From Cenococcum geophilum (taxonomy: Eukaryota): a stretch of 64,000 nt of DNA. The stretch spans positions 5,642,001 to 5,706,000 of the forward strand of contig CP158635.1 in assembly GCA_050273025.1 (NCBI GenBank), in the 5' to 3' direction. Made by a program: the position numbers and the translations under genes. Below, in pieces: positions 52,101 to 64,000 of this stretch; position 1 is the stretch's first letter, and the number at the start of each line of letters is the position of its first letter. The notes beneath the pieces were generated by a model. It was not told the DNA's origin and searched no databases. It worked only from the letters and a program-made list of their open reading frames with translations.

Positions 52101-55100
52101 CTGCCTATAAGGCCTATAACCTACAACTTTTGCTGTAATATAGGCAGTATAGTATTAAGGATTATCCTCTTACTACTATCTTTAAAGCCTTTAATATAAT
52201 CCAGGCGCCGGGATAGTATATTAGTAGAATTTATCTTACCTAGCTTATATTTAATCTTAAAATTAAACTTAGCTAGTTCCTTAGCGTACTAGGCCTAGTA
52301 AGTAGATAAGCTTTTAGTAGTTATAAAGTACCTAAGATTATTATAATCATAGAGTATACGCGTTATATGCGTGGCGTATTTAAGGTAATAGCGCCACGTC
52401 TTAAAGTATTACACTATAGCGAGTAGTTCTTTATTATGCGCATTATACTATACTTCTAAACTAGTAAGCTTTTAACTATAATAGGTAATTAGGTGCTAGT
52501 AGAGTTAATTTCCTTACCTTAAAGGCTACAGAAGTATACCGCTATAGGCATAGTTAGAAGCGTCAGTAATTACTATTAGGGGTAAATTAGGGTTAAAGTA
52601 GTAAAGTAGAGGAGCCTATATAAACGCAGCGCGTAGCTTACAGAACGCCTACTATGTGTCATTAGGCTAGGACCAGGGTTAATACCATTTAGTCGGCCCT
52701 TTTAACTTACGCTTCTTCTTCTTCTCCCTATTTAACGTCGGGTTATGATATACTTATACAAGATATGCGTATAGGGGGTATGCGGTATTTAAGTAGTTCT
52801 AGATAAATCGCCTATAGAAGTTAGTAAAGCTAAAAAAGACCTAGATATCCCTATAGGACTTAGGCTTAGGCCATTCCTTAATAGCTTTTACGTAGTTAGG
52901 GTCTATTATAATACTCCTAGGGGTAATAATAAAGCTTAGGAACTTAACGTTCTTAGTATAAAAGATATATTTTAATAGTTTAGCGTATAGGCCCCAAGCG
53001 CGAAGCTGTTATAGTACCTGCTTAACATGCTTAACGTGCTTATCCTTATCATTTAAGTAGATAAGAATATTATCTAGGTAAACTACGTAGATAGTATCTA
53101 CTAGGGGTTTTAGAGCTTTATAAATATAGCTCTAGAAAGTTATAGGAGTATTAGTAAGACTAAAGGGCATTACTAGGTACTTAAAGTGACCGTAATATGT
53201 CTTAAATATAGTCTTCTATTTGTCTCCCTTTTTAATATAAATCCTATAGTACGTATTACAAAGATTTAGCTTTATAAATATCTTCGCATAGCTAAGCCTA
53301 TTAAAGAGTTTGCCGACTAGCGGTAGGGGGTACCGGTTTTTAATTGTAATCTTATTTAGGCGTCTATAGTCAACGCATAGCTATATTATACCGTCTACTT
53401 TCAGTATAAAGAGGATGGGCGCTCTAGTAGGCGACTTACTGGGCCTAATTTAGCCCTTTTTAAAAAGCACTGTCTAGGTACTCTTATAAGATCTATAACT
53501 CTTTCTATAAGAGGTTATAGAGGGGTATTTACAGTAGCGTCTTGCCTTCTTCTAAGTCAATTATATAGTCGTACTTAGAGTTCTGCGGTGGTATACTTGC
53601 TAGCTTATTAGAGAAGATATTAATTTCCTCCTTATATATATCTAACAGGCCGGGGGCTATAAAGGTTAAAGTAATTATTATATAATAGTGTGCTTCCGGG
53701 AGCTAGTAGAGAGAAGGATGCAGCTAATATGCGTTTTATAGGTATACTTGCACTAAAAGTGCATACAGCTCTACTATAGTATACTTAATAGTTTTGGGGT
53801 TTTAATTACCTCCCCCTTATGTATAAGTGATCTGCGCTAGCACCGGAGGGTCTCTATAGGTACTCGCTACTAGTGACGGCAGGTCCTCTACTATATTTAT
53901 AACCGGTATCTTTATATCTAGAGGGTCTGCACGGGTACTCACTACTAGTAATAATAGGTCCTCTATTATATTTATAACCGGCGTAAAGAAGGAGTCTTCT
54001 AGCTATAGCGAATAGACTATTTTACTAGCCTTAATGTTTACTAGGAGAGCGTTAAGGGTGACTATTTAGAGGCGTCTAGGGTTTAAAGTACCCTAGATAA
54101 ACTATCTAGAATAGAAGCTAATTAATAAATCTACTTCCGCAAGTTAATCCTATCTAAGAACTATATTATAACTATTAAATAAGCCGCCCTAAAAGGTCTG
54201 CGGGCCGATAGTGCGAGAGGTACCCTAGAAGTCGCTAGTAGTAACCATCAGATTATAAGCATCCTAGATTGTTATTTAGTTACTATTAAGGAAATATATA
54301 ATAGGTTTACATAAACGTAGCGCGTAGCGTATAGGCAGGTTAAACCTATAGACGATATCTTAATTAATAAGGTTAATTTGGTACCTATTATCGTATAAAG
54401 CATATAGGCGGACTTCGCCCTAGGGCGTATTTATTGCAATGTATACCATAATACGTTTCTTCTCTCCCTTTATATTAGGCCCTAGTTGCAGTTAAGAGAG
54501 ATGCGCTACTAGGGCTTTAGGTTTTCTAAAGGCCGAGCTAACTTCTCTTTATTAGCCTGCTTCTAGTGTTCCTTATAGTGGCCGCCTACGGTCCTTTAAC
54601 TCGCCTGCGTAGCACTAGCGTCTGGGGGGTCCCTTAAGCTATCTAGCTTTTAGGTGGTCTCCCCGGGAGTTTACTTAGAAAAGCGTCGCCCTTTTTAGGT
54701 TTTATTCCCTAAGCCTAAGTCTATAGAGCCTATGCTGCGACCGCGCTTCGTATACAATAATTTGCCGCTATTACTTAAGCGATCTTCCGCGAGCTTTATA
54801 GTATTAAGCAATTACTCTATATAGCGGATTTTGTTAAAGAGGTCTTTAGCGGTTTTTACCTATTAGGCGAAGTTCTGGCGGAAGAGCTCTACTTATAGGT
54901 AGGCTAGGAGATATAAGAACTAAAAGTCTACCTATTATTTAAGATTAATAAAAGGGGTATATAAGAAGAGGTCCTTTAAGCTATATATATAGGCTAGGAA
55001 GACGTTAAACCTCTAGTTCTCCTTTATAATAGCCGTATAGTACATTATAGCGTTATTAAAGCGTCTCACTATAGGGTTCCTAATTTAGTCTTGGACTATA

Positions 55101-55986
55101 GTCTTAAATTCGTCCTATAGTAAAGGACCCTTATCCTTAGTGCCTAACCGGCAATAAACTAGTTAGGCGATTATCTTCTTTTTTATAAGACCTTTAATGG
55201 CCTAGCGCGTGCGTCGCTTACAGTTATAGTTAGCGTTATTAACCTTAAATCGGGTTTTAACTGCGGCAATCCACCGGTTAAAATGCTGTTAAGTAGTACC
55301 ACTAATATTAGGTAGTAACTTCTTAACTAAGGCGTTAAGATTTAATTAGCGTATACGTTCGCCATATAACTTATACTCTTTACTAAAGAGGTAACAGAAG
55401 GGCTTTATTAAATTAATAATACTCCGTAAGTTAGCTATTTTCTTAGCCAGCTTATCTAGCTCCTTTATATTAGCGGTATTAGGTAGGACGCTAGTAACCT
55501 TACTAAGCTCCTATTAAGCCTAGGTATATAAGTTAAACTAGTTTTTAGCGTTTATAGATATCTAATCGTTTTAAGATTTAGAAAATAGCTTAGATGCTAC
55601 TAGTATGCTTCTAGCGGTTTTGCCTACACTAGATCCTAAGGCATTCTGCGGTTGCATTGCTAGCGTATTACTGTTAGGTATAGGCGTCGGTTTTCTTTTT
55701 AGAGGCATTATAGAAAAATTAAACCGGCTATCCTCTTAAGGGGATTGGTAAGGATTTAAATATAAGGTAAATATGTAAATAGGGAGTCCAATAATAAAAC
55801 AATAGGTGTATTATATAGATAGAGACGAATCCTTAAGGGAAAAAGGAGGAGTCTGTATGCGAGGTAGGAAGGGTTTTCCTTAGATATATACAGAGCACGT
55901 ACCTCACGGGCAAGTCACCCCTAGGTTGCCCTAGGGTCGCCCGTACCTTGCGGCTATATAGCTATCTACTTAGGTTTTACCTAACA
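49166..55986 (-). mobile_element. Ty3/Gypsy family D, full length 6821 bp, RIP-inactivated
   Basis: 226-bp LTRs 49166-49391 and 55761-55986. TSD ttagg. PPT 49392-49405 on the minus strand. RT LCVDYR/YLDNIL (~53370, ~53070), RNase H TDAS, integrase and chromodomain remnants. Confidence 0.95.
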
Positions 55987-56862
55987 TTAGGTTATAATAA
56001 AGAACTAAAAGACGGAACGACCTAGTCGTAAGCTAAACTATTAGATAGTAGAACTATATAAGGTCCTTAAGAAGATAAGTAACCTATATAAAGTAAAGCT
56101 CCTAAATTCAATTAAAGTTTATCCTATTTTCTCTCCGGATAAACTGCGGAAAGCTATAAATAACCTATTACCTAGATAAAAGAATAAACCTCCCCTACCA
56201 ATCTAAGTTAATGGCGACAATAAATAGGAAATTAAAGAAATACTGACCTGTAAGCTTATAAGGGGAACGTTAAAATATTATATTAGTTAGAAAGGGTATA
56301 ACCTAGACCCTACTTAGTACCCTATATAGAACTTTATAGGTAGTCCCTATAAGCTTTAAAAGTTTTATAATTATTACCCTAATAAACCTAGACCCCTAAA
56401 GTACCTTAATAAGTAGATAAAGTGCTAGAATAGCAAAGATAATAAGCTGCCTATTAAGTATAAAGAGAAGAATACCCTATAAATATAATACGGACGTATA
56501 AAGCCTAAGGGCAGGCTTTTTTAGAGGGGGGGGGGTAATATTATAGCGCTGGTAGAAACTAGTGGATTATAGCTGATAGAAACTAGTAGATTATAGCTAA
56601 TAAGTATTAGTGGATTATAGTAGATAGTTATAGACAGTCGCGGATAGTTTTATATAGTTTTAAATAACTACTATTATATAACCAGAGGATTATATATAAC
56701 GTTAAGCGGCGCTACCCTCTGTCTCCTTCCCTTTCTCTAGCTTTAGATCCTTATTTATAGACAATCTAATCGTATAGGCTTACGCGACCCTTTTGCCGTA
56801 CTTATACCTCGATTAACTAAGTCGCTAATAGGTCCCTTAAAGTAATTACATATAGCGTTACA

Positions 56863-57429
56863 GATTTAGTTAAATAAAAGGGTTAGAGTAACGTTCTTAA
56901 AATTAGTATAGTAGTGGTTAAGTGTTAAGCCGCATAACATTATTGGGTAGGCTTTAACTTTAGCTTCTTAGGGTACGTTAGCTCTACTATAGAGGTTATA
57001 AAAGATAGTAAGTTTAAAGTTAAAATTGTTATCTTCTCCGCTGTACTTGTTGTCTTCTATATATATCTTTATAAGGTTTATTAACTCCTTACTAAAACCC
57101 TAGTTTTGGTTCTGTTTAGATAATCCTATTATTATTAGTAGATTAATATAAGGCTAATTTTATTATGCCAATAAGATAGGTTATATAGGTAGTATTATAG
57201 GTAGGATAGAGTTTATAGGTGGTATCGTAAGTAGGGTAGAGTTTATAGTTAGTAAGATTAAGATTAGGGTTTTAATAATAGTAGTACTGGCAAAGTTATT
57301 CTTAAGAAGGTAGTTAATTTATCCTAAGGTAAACTTTCCTCTAGTTGCCATATATTCCTTAATCTTAAGCTTAGTCCATTCTATAAGATCTTCTTCTTAT
57401 AAGGTGTTAAATAGTAATTTAGGGACTAT
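56863..57429 (-). mobile_element. Copia gag fragment (related to, but diverged from, 14018-22231)
   Basis: 57001-57090 aligns by eye with 20771-20860 (KYSGE..NFNFKLTIF). Confidence 0.7.
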
Positions 57430-60190
57430 TATTACGGACGCTTTAAGTACAATGTTATAACTACTTAGAGAAGAGATAAAAGAAGCTAGTTGGTTAATAA
57501 GGGCACGGTCTAGGATAGAACTAGTGGAGCTATATAACGAGGAACGGTAAGCAAGGTTATATAATATGATTTATATAATCTATATAATCTATATAATCTA
57601 TAATAGAGTAAATAGAGTAGATAGAGTAGATAGAGTAATAACTTTCTTAGGAGTATGGATGTGTATTTAAGGACCTATAGTCCCCACCTAGATAGTTTCT
57701 TTTCTTATAGTAAATCTTAGAATACAATTAGAGTTAATCTATTAGGTAACTACTCTACTAGTTATTATTTATATTATTAACTTCTTATTTACTTATACAT
57801 TTAGCCTATTAGCTAGTCTACTATAGTATTTCCTATAAGACTTTATTATATATTTACTACCTAGTTATAGTATTAATAAAGTTAAACAATATACTACTAA
57901 AAGCACCAGTTATAACGCCGTTAATAGTAGTAATAACCTTAGGTACTAGCAGGGATATATAAGAGGCCAGTTTGACTAGAACGTATAATTATCTAATTAA
58001 TAGTATAGAATAAGAGTTACAGGTAAGTAGAAGATAAGTTAAGGTAGAACGATCTTTATAAATAAAGGATAAATGCTTTCTAACCTCTTCTATTTAGAGA
58101 CTAATTGCTAGCTTTTCTCTAGAGGAGAACTAGCTCCCTATATAATCCTTCTAAGACGCTAGCAAAACCCTTCGCCCCTTATCTACCTAACCGTATCTCC
58201 TAGGACGTAAATGGAACATAGATAGGACATAGGCAAAACCTCTTACTATCTTATCTAATATATACCTTCCGGGGGATTCCGTTACAGAATACTAGCATAG
58301 GGGACACTAACTTATAACTAGTTATAACAGGATAGTTATAGGAGATAGTGGATTAACTGCAAGATAATAATAGGGTACTTAAAGAAAGAATTGATAGCAT
58401 TAGAGCAGCTAAGGTTAAGTTACCTTTAATTAAGCGATTCTCAGGTAAAAAGCTAAAACTTAAAGGATTTCCAACATAGATGCACTTTAAGGTTATACAA
58501 AAAGAAGTAAAACTAGTAATAGTTATAGATTAAGTAGCATACGCAGGACTATTCCTATTAGGGAGAGCACTTAAGTGGTTTAAACCTTACCTTATGGAAA
58601 TATAGGTAAATAGTATAATAACTACTAATTAAGAAGTACGGTATATATTCTCTAGTTAGAACAGGTTCGCGGAATAGTTAACATAGATATTTAGAGACCC
58701 TAAGGTAGCAACTACAGCGGAAAGAAAACTCCAAAATCTAGTATAACGTACTTTAGCAATTAAGTATATAATATAGTTTTAAACGCTTGCAATATAAGTT
58801 AAATGGAATAATAAGGCGCTTATAGCATAGTATAAACAAGGACTTAAGGCTAAAGTCTAGGACGCAATAATTCTTATAGAAGATGCGACTACTATACAAG
58901 AATTAATCGACTAGTTAATTAAGATTAATAATAGAATCTATTAAAGGGAATAAGCTAAGAAAGGGTAAGATAGAGTTTTATAGTTATATAAGGCGTAGAG
59001 TACGTAATAGTAGATATAAAGTTAGAAACTATAGAATGGCGGACCAGAGCTAATAGACCTAAGTAGTACTAAAGAATCTAAGAGATGGAGTAAGAAACTA
59101 TAAAAACCTAAAGGTTAAAAATTAAGTAATTATAGGACTAAAGGGCAGAGGCTAAACTAGGGATATTAGTAGTAAAAGATATTTAGGCGAACTCTATAAT
59201 AGAATAAATAGTTTAAATTAGGAGCTTATATCAATTATAAAAAATAAGGTTATTTTGCTAAAGACTACAGAGGTAGTTAGAGCAACTACGCGGTAAAGGG
59301 TATAAGGTTATTAGAGTATAATAATACGGATATAAGTGTATTACGCTGGACTAAGAAGTGTTTAATTAAACACTTTATATTTTATTATAATAACATATAC
59401 TAAATTTATAAGAACGCTAAGTACGGCGTAAGCTATTAGCTATAAGAGCTAAAGTTATAAGGACCTAAAGGAACTAAAGAGTTAGATAAAGAATAAGATT
59501 AACTCTATAAGCTAGATTAAAATATTACGGCAATATACGGATAAAGATTAGTAATAATAATAATAGAGTTAAAGTACTTATTAATTAGTAGTAATAAGAA
59601 AGAAAAAGAGGCTAACTAGGGGCACTTAAACCTTATATACGCAACAAAAGTAGAGACTAAAACCATTATAGGGACTAGTTTAGTAACGGACATTATAACA
59701 CCGTTAGATACGGCATTTATTACTTTATAAGACGGAAAGATTAATATTAATAAAAGATTAAGCAAGTAGATAACTGCTAGTACTAACTTACTACATAAAA
59801 AAGGTAAAAGGTTATAGGCTTAAGATTCTTAAGATAAGATAAGATATACCTAAAAACTTATAATAGACTAAAACTAATAGGAAAGGGCAGCAGCTTAGTT
59901 TAAAGACAAATAAATAAGCATGGGACGACAATTTCTAGGAAGCTAAGATTTTAAAGAACAAATAAGGTCCATAGCAATTTCAGGTAAACATAGTATTTAG
60001 CCTAAAGATTAAAAAATTAATACAGTAGTTAAAAGGTTTAATAACGTTAAAACCCCATTTACAAGACGTAACAGAACAGAAACTATAAAGGAGTTTAGAT
60101 AATATAAGTATCTAATAAGGATATATTAGATAATAGATAAGAAGCGATATAGAGACACTAAGTATATACATAAATAGCACCTAGTAGAAG
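57430..60190 (+). mobile_element. Ty3/Gypsy family B-related copy, 5' LTR plus gag, interrupted at 60191
   Basis: 440-bp LTR 57430-57869. Gag at 58340-59450 is homologous to the reverse complement of ~5760-6910. Confidence 0.87.
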
Positions 60191-60923
60191 TTTTTATTTT
60201 TTATTTTTTATATATCCGATTATATTATACTACGTACAATATTATACATGCAGCCTCTAGGCTATAGCGCTATAGTTCTATATATATATAAATCCTTTCT
60301 AGGCAGCTTAATATATACCAGTAGCTATATCCTAGTAGTTTATAAACCCCTAAGGGTTTATAGCTCCTTAATAAAATACTAAGGTACTGTAACTACTAGG
60401 GAATAAGAAAACGGTAGGAGAAACTATAGGAAATCCTAACACCTATCCCTATCCTTTTGCAATTTATTTCTATCTTTTTACTAAGAGCTTAGTAGAAGTT
60501 ACCTCCTTCTAAAATCCTATTTGTTTTATCTTATTCTTCTATGAAACCTTTTAAGCTAGTATTACCTACTAGCTTAGCTACTTTTAGAACCTTATAATCC
60601 TTACTATTTATAAAGTAGTTTTCTTTACAGTTAATATAAAGAGGGATAGTATGCTTATAGGGCTTGCCTATTATTATATAAGTAGAATAGAAGTAGTCTT
60701 TAGATAAATATACAGCTGCATAAAATCTATAGGCTCTAGTAGAGCATCTATCTCCTATTTGGCCAAATTTTTGGCAGCTAGTGCACTACGTAGTAGGAGA
60801 GACTTCGAGGTATTTTACTACCTTAGTAGCTATACCTGCAATTAATATCTCTTTTTACATAAGGATTTCTTGTCTTTTTTCTTTATTCTCTATAGTAAAA
60901 ACTATAGAGCTAAATCTGGTCTG
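60191..60923 (-). mobile_element. Second copy of the gag-only poly(A) element (3' part), interrupted by Gypsy E
   Basis: Reverse complement of ~18023-18748, including the same gag-stop/3' UTR/A-tail junction. Confidence 0.88.
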
Positions 60924-63900
60924 TGTTACGGAGTAAGTATAAGCGGCGATAATATATAGCAAGGTAGATATTATTAAGCTATATACATAAACTATATAAG
61001 AAGTTAAGACGTTATATAAGGAAAGAAGGTAGGAAAACGAGAAGAAAGGGCATATATCGTTAACTTGGTTGCTTAGTTAATATATATATAGGGCAGAATA
61101 GGGTTTAGGTTATAGTCCTAACAGAACTTAGTAAAATTTAGTAGAACTTAGTAGAATATAGCAGAATGCCATAAATTACCGTTAAATTGCTATTTCGCGG
61201 TTAGTCTCTAATTGCTAAGTTAGTGGAAACAGGTAGATGTGTATAAGGTATTACGAGAGTATCCCATAATAGTACCCCCCCTTTAAACTCGAGCTTCTAC
61301 GAGATAGGGCTATAGTAGTTCTAGGTGGAGTTTATAAAAGTCTTCTATAGCTTATATAAGTCCTATAGAGTTAACGGGTTCCTATAAAGGCTTAGTAAAG
61401 CCTTTCTATTTTATAAGGTATATATACTAGCGTTTCCGTTTATTGTACTTAATATTATTAATTTTTTTAATAAAATACTTATTCTTACTATCTACTTTAA
61501 CTAGTAGGGGAGGGTCTTATATTTATCTAGGTAGGGCGTCTAATGCGGGGATAGTAGGGTAAAAGACTAACGTATAGAATATAGGGTGGATTTTAACTGT
61601 ATTAGGGAGCATTAGTTAGTAGGCGTAAAAGGAAATAATTTTCTTAATCTTATAAGGGCCAGCGTTCTTTTAATTAAGTTTCTTAATAGGTCATTTTATA
61701 TTTAGGTTTCTTATATCTAGCTAGACAAAGTTACTAATCTAATAAGCCGGTACTGGGGTTTATTTCTTATTCGCTACGGCTTTATAAACAGATTTGGCCC
61801 ATATTATTTTATTAGTAAAAAACCGTTATAGTTTCTCTATCTTTTTTATAAATTTATTTGCTTCTATAACTTATAAGACATAATAAGTAGGGTAAGAAAC
61901 ATTGCTAAAAGGTTTAAAACCTATTTATAGGTGTTAGCCGTAATTAGCTAAGAATGAGGAGACCTTTATAGTTTCGAAGACGGAATTATTTATAGTAAAC
62001 TTGGTAAATGCAAGCTAGTTAATCTAGTTATCTTATAAATACAACGTGTATATCCGGATATACTGTTCTATTATAGCGTTTATATATTCCGTTTAAATAC
62101 CTATTTCCGGTAATATATAGTAAATAGTAGTGCTTTAATATAGAGTTAGGTAGTTAGTTTTTTTCTAAAATATAGAGATAAACTAGCTGCCTTTGTTAGA
62201 GAGAATCGTTTTAGGAAGTCTGTGGAGTTTCTATACATAATCTAGAAACAGTTAGGCGATAGTAGGCGTTAATATATTAGGGCAGGCGATTAAGTACCTT
62301 ATCTTAGATAGCTAGTCTATAATTACTATAATATTTATATAACCTTTACTTACGGGGAGGTTAACAATAAAGTTAATTAAGATATCCTTCTATCTTTGGT
62401 CCGGAATAGGTAGTGGCTTTAGGAGGCCGTTATACGTCTTATATAAAGCTTTAGCTCGTCAGCAGATATAGCAGCTAAAGACGTACCTTTGTGTTATATT
62501 ATGCATATTCGGCTAATAGTATTCTTATTAGAGTAATTCTAGGGGTTTTCTTTAGCCTAGGTAGCTGGCTACTAGTAGATTATATATATGCTTAAGGAGC
62601 TTAAGCCTAAGTTTGTTATAGTTAGGTATAACTAGGCGGTTCTAGTAATATAAGTGGTTTCTATAGGCTTTATATTTACTTAAAGAAATCTTTTTAAAAC
62701 GTCTAATGCTATTGTGTATTAGCTTAAGCGTCTCCTAGATAAACTCGTTATTTAGGTATTTATTAACTATAATCTATTTAATTAATCGGTTAGTTATTTC
62801 AAGAACGTATACCGTAAGGTCTTTAGTGGGAGGGTTAAATAGTTTAGGGCGAAGTAGGGTCTGATTTTAGTAAGAGTACGCTTTTTTTAGGGCTAGCGCG
62901 TCTTATAAGCGTTAGGTTAGGGCGTTAAGCTTTTAACTTTAAATGCTTAGGCGGTATATAATTAAGAATTGGAAATAAGACAGATATTCTAACTAGCGGG
63001 CCTAATAATAACTTAGCTGTTTTATGGTTGTGAAGTACTATAGGTTCTTATAGTCGCTAAGGACCTTAATTAGAAATTTAGCACCTTCTAGTTTAGGTCG
63101 CTATTATTTAAAACATCTAATAATAGCTAATAATTCTTTATTGTAGATCTCGTAGTTATATTTAGCTAGGCTTAATTATTTTAAGAAGTATGCTATAGGG
63201 TATAATACTTCATTCTTATTATATTGAGACAGAATACCTTTAATAACGTAGTTAGGTAAGTTGGCTTCTATAACACTTATTTAGTTTAGGTTAAAGTGTT
63301 AGAGTATAGGCGCAGTAGTAAATATAACCTTTAGATAGGCGAAGGCTTTCTTATATTCCTTATTAAAAATAAAAACTTTATTCTTTTAGGTTAAAGCTAT
63401 AAGGGGTAAAACTAGGGCGGAGAAGTTATTAATAAACCGTTAGTAGAAATTAGTAAATCCTATAAAGGCTTTTACGTCCTTAACGTTCTTAAGTTCTTGC
63501 TAGTTTATAATTACTTTAACTTTCTTTAGGTCTATTTATATATTATTTATAAAAATAAGGAGTTTAAAGTATAGAACTTCCGTTTTATAAAACTCGCATT
63601 TATCTATATCTAATTATAAACTAGCTCTGTATAGGGCTTATAAAATAAGGTTAACGTATTTCCGATATTTAGTTAGGTTATTACTATATATTAAAATATT
63701 ATTAATATAAGCAGTGCAGAAGATATCTAGGTAGGGGCGTAGGGTATTATTTATATAATGTTAAAACGAGCTTAGAGCGTTTATAAGGCTAAAGGGTATT
63801 ACTAAGTATTTAAATAGTCCATATTGGGTGCGAAATGCAGTAAGCTATTTATCTCCTTTTACAATGCGGAGACGGTTAAATGTAAAAATAATATTGAGCT

Positions 63901-64000
63901 TTATGTAGTAATGAGCCTTATTTAGTTAGTTTAGCGTCTCTTATATTAACGGGATTGGATATTAGTTCTTAACGGTAACGGCGTTAAGAGCTTAGTAGTC
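60924..64000 (-). mobile_element. Ty3/Gypsy (chromovirus-like) family E, 3' LTR, chromodomain, integrase, RNase H, RT (runs off the right edge)
   Basis: LTR 60924-61271 (tgtta..taata). PPT 61272-61285. Chromodomain ~61320-61500. RT AFRTQYGLF and FCTAYI.NI ~63700-63840. Confidence 0.9.

Larger units (their letters stand above)
39262..56862 (+). mobile_element. Ty3/Gypsy family C, 5'-truncated; own segments ~39262-39834, 46755-49165, 55992-56862
   Basis: The pol frame continues across the A and D insertions (RT YLDN-like ~47195, RNase H LETDA ~47635, integrase, chromodomain ~56225-56370). G-rich PPT and 3' LTR 56539-56862. Confidence 0.87.

Noticed and set aside
1..64000. Starship/tyrosine-recombinase element, telomeric repeats, rRNA or tRNA genes
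   Set aside because: No recognisable captain recombinase, TTAGGG array or structural RNA seen by eye. Heavily RIPed remnants could have been missed.

Overview
Eukaryotic (filamentous ascomycete-type) AT-rich transposon graveyard. Almost all of it is inactivated by repeat-induced point mutation (RIP): TpA is abundant, CpA/TpG is depleted, and the differences I saw between copies are overwhelmingly C>T/G>A. Left ~33 kb: one Tad1-like LINE (ORF1 zinc knuckles, endonuclease, RT) split by nested insertions. These are Gypsy B (itself hit by Gypsy A), a PIF/Harbinger transposon carrying a 1.9 kb repeat-rich element in its intron, a Copia (carrying a gag-only poly(A) element and a MITE), a full Gypsy A, and a 578-bp TRIM with a self-priming signature. 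A ~3.3 kb GC-balanced island (about 35.4-38.7 kb) holds the only intact gene, a 4-exon class I terpene cyclase (DDCWE, NDLGSWKKE, RY), next to a pseudogene. Right ~25 kb: Gypsy C interrupted by Gypsy A and Gypsy D, a Copia fragment, Gypsy B', a second gag-only element and Gypsy E. Family letters are my own labels. All calls come from manual reading and translation; no database searches were run.
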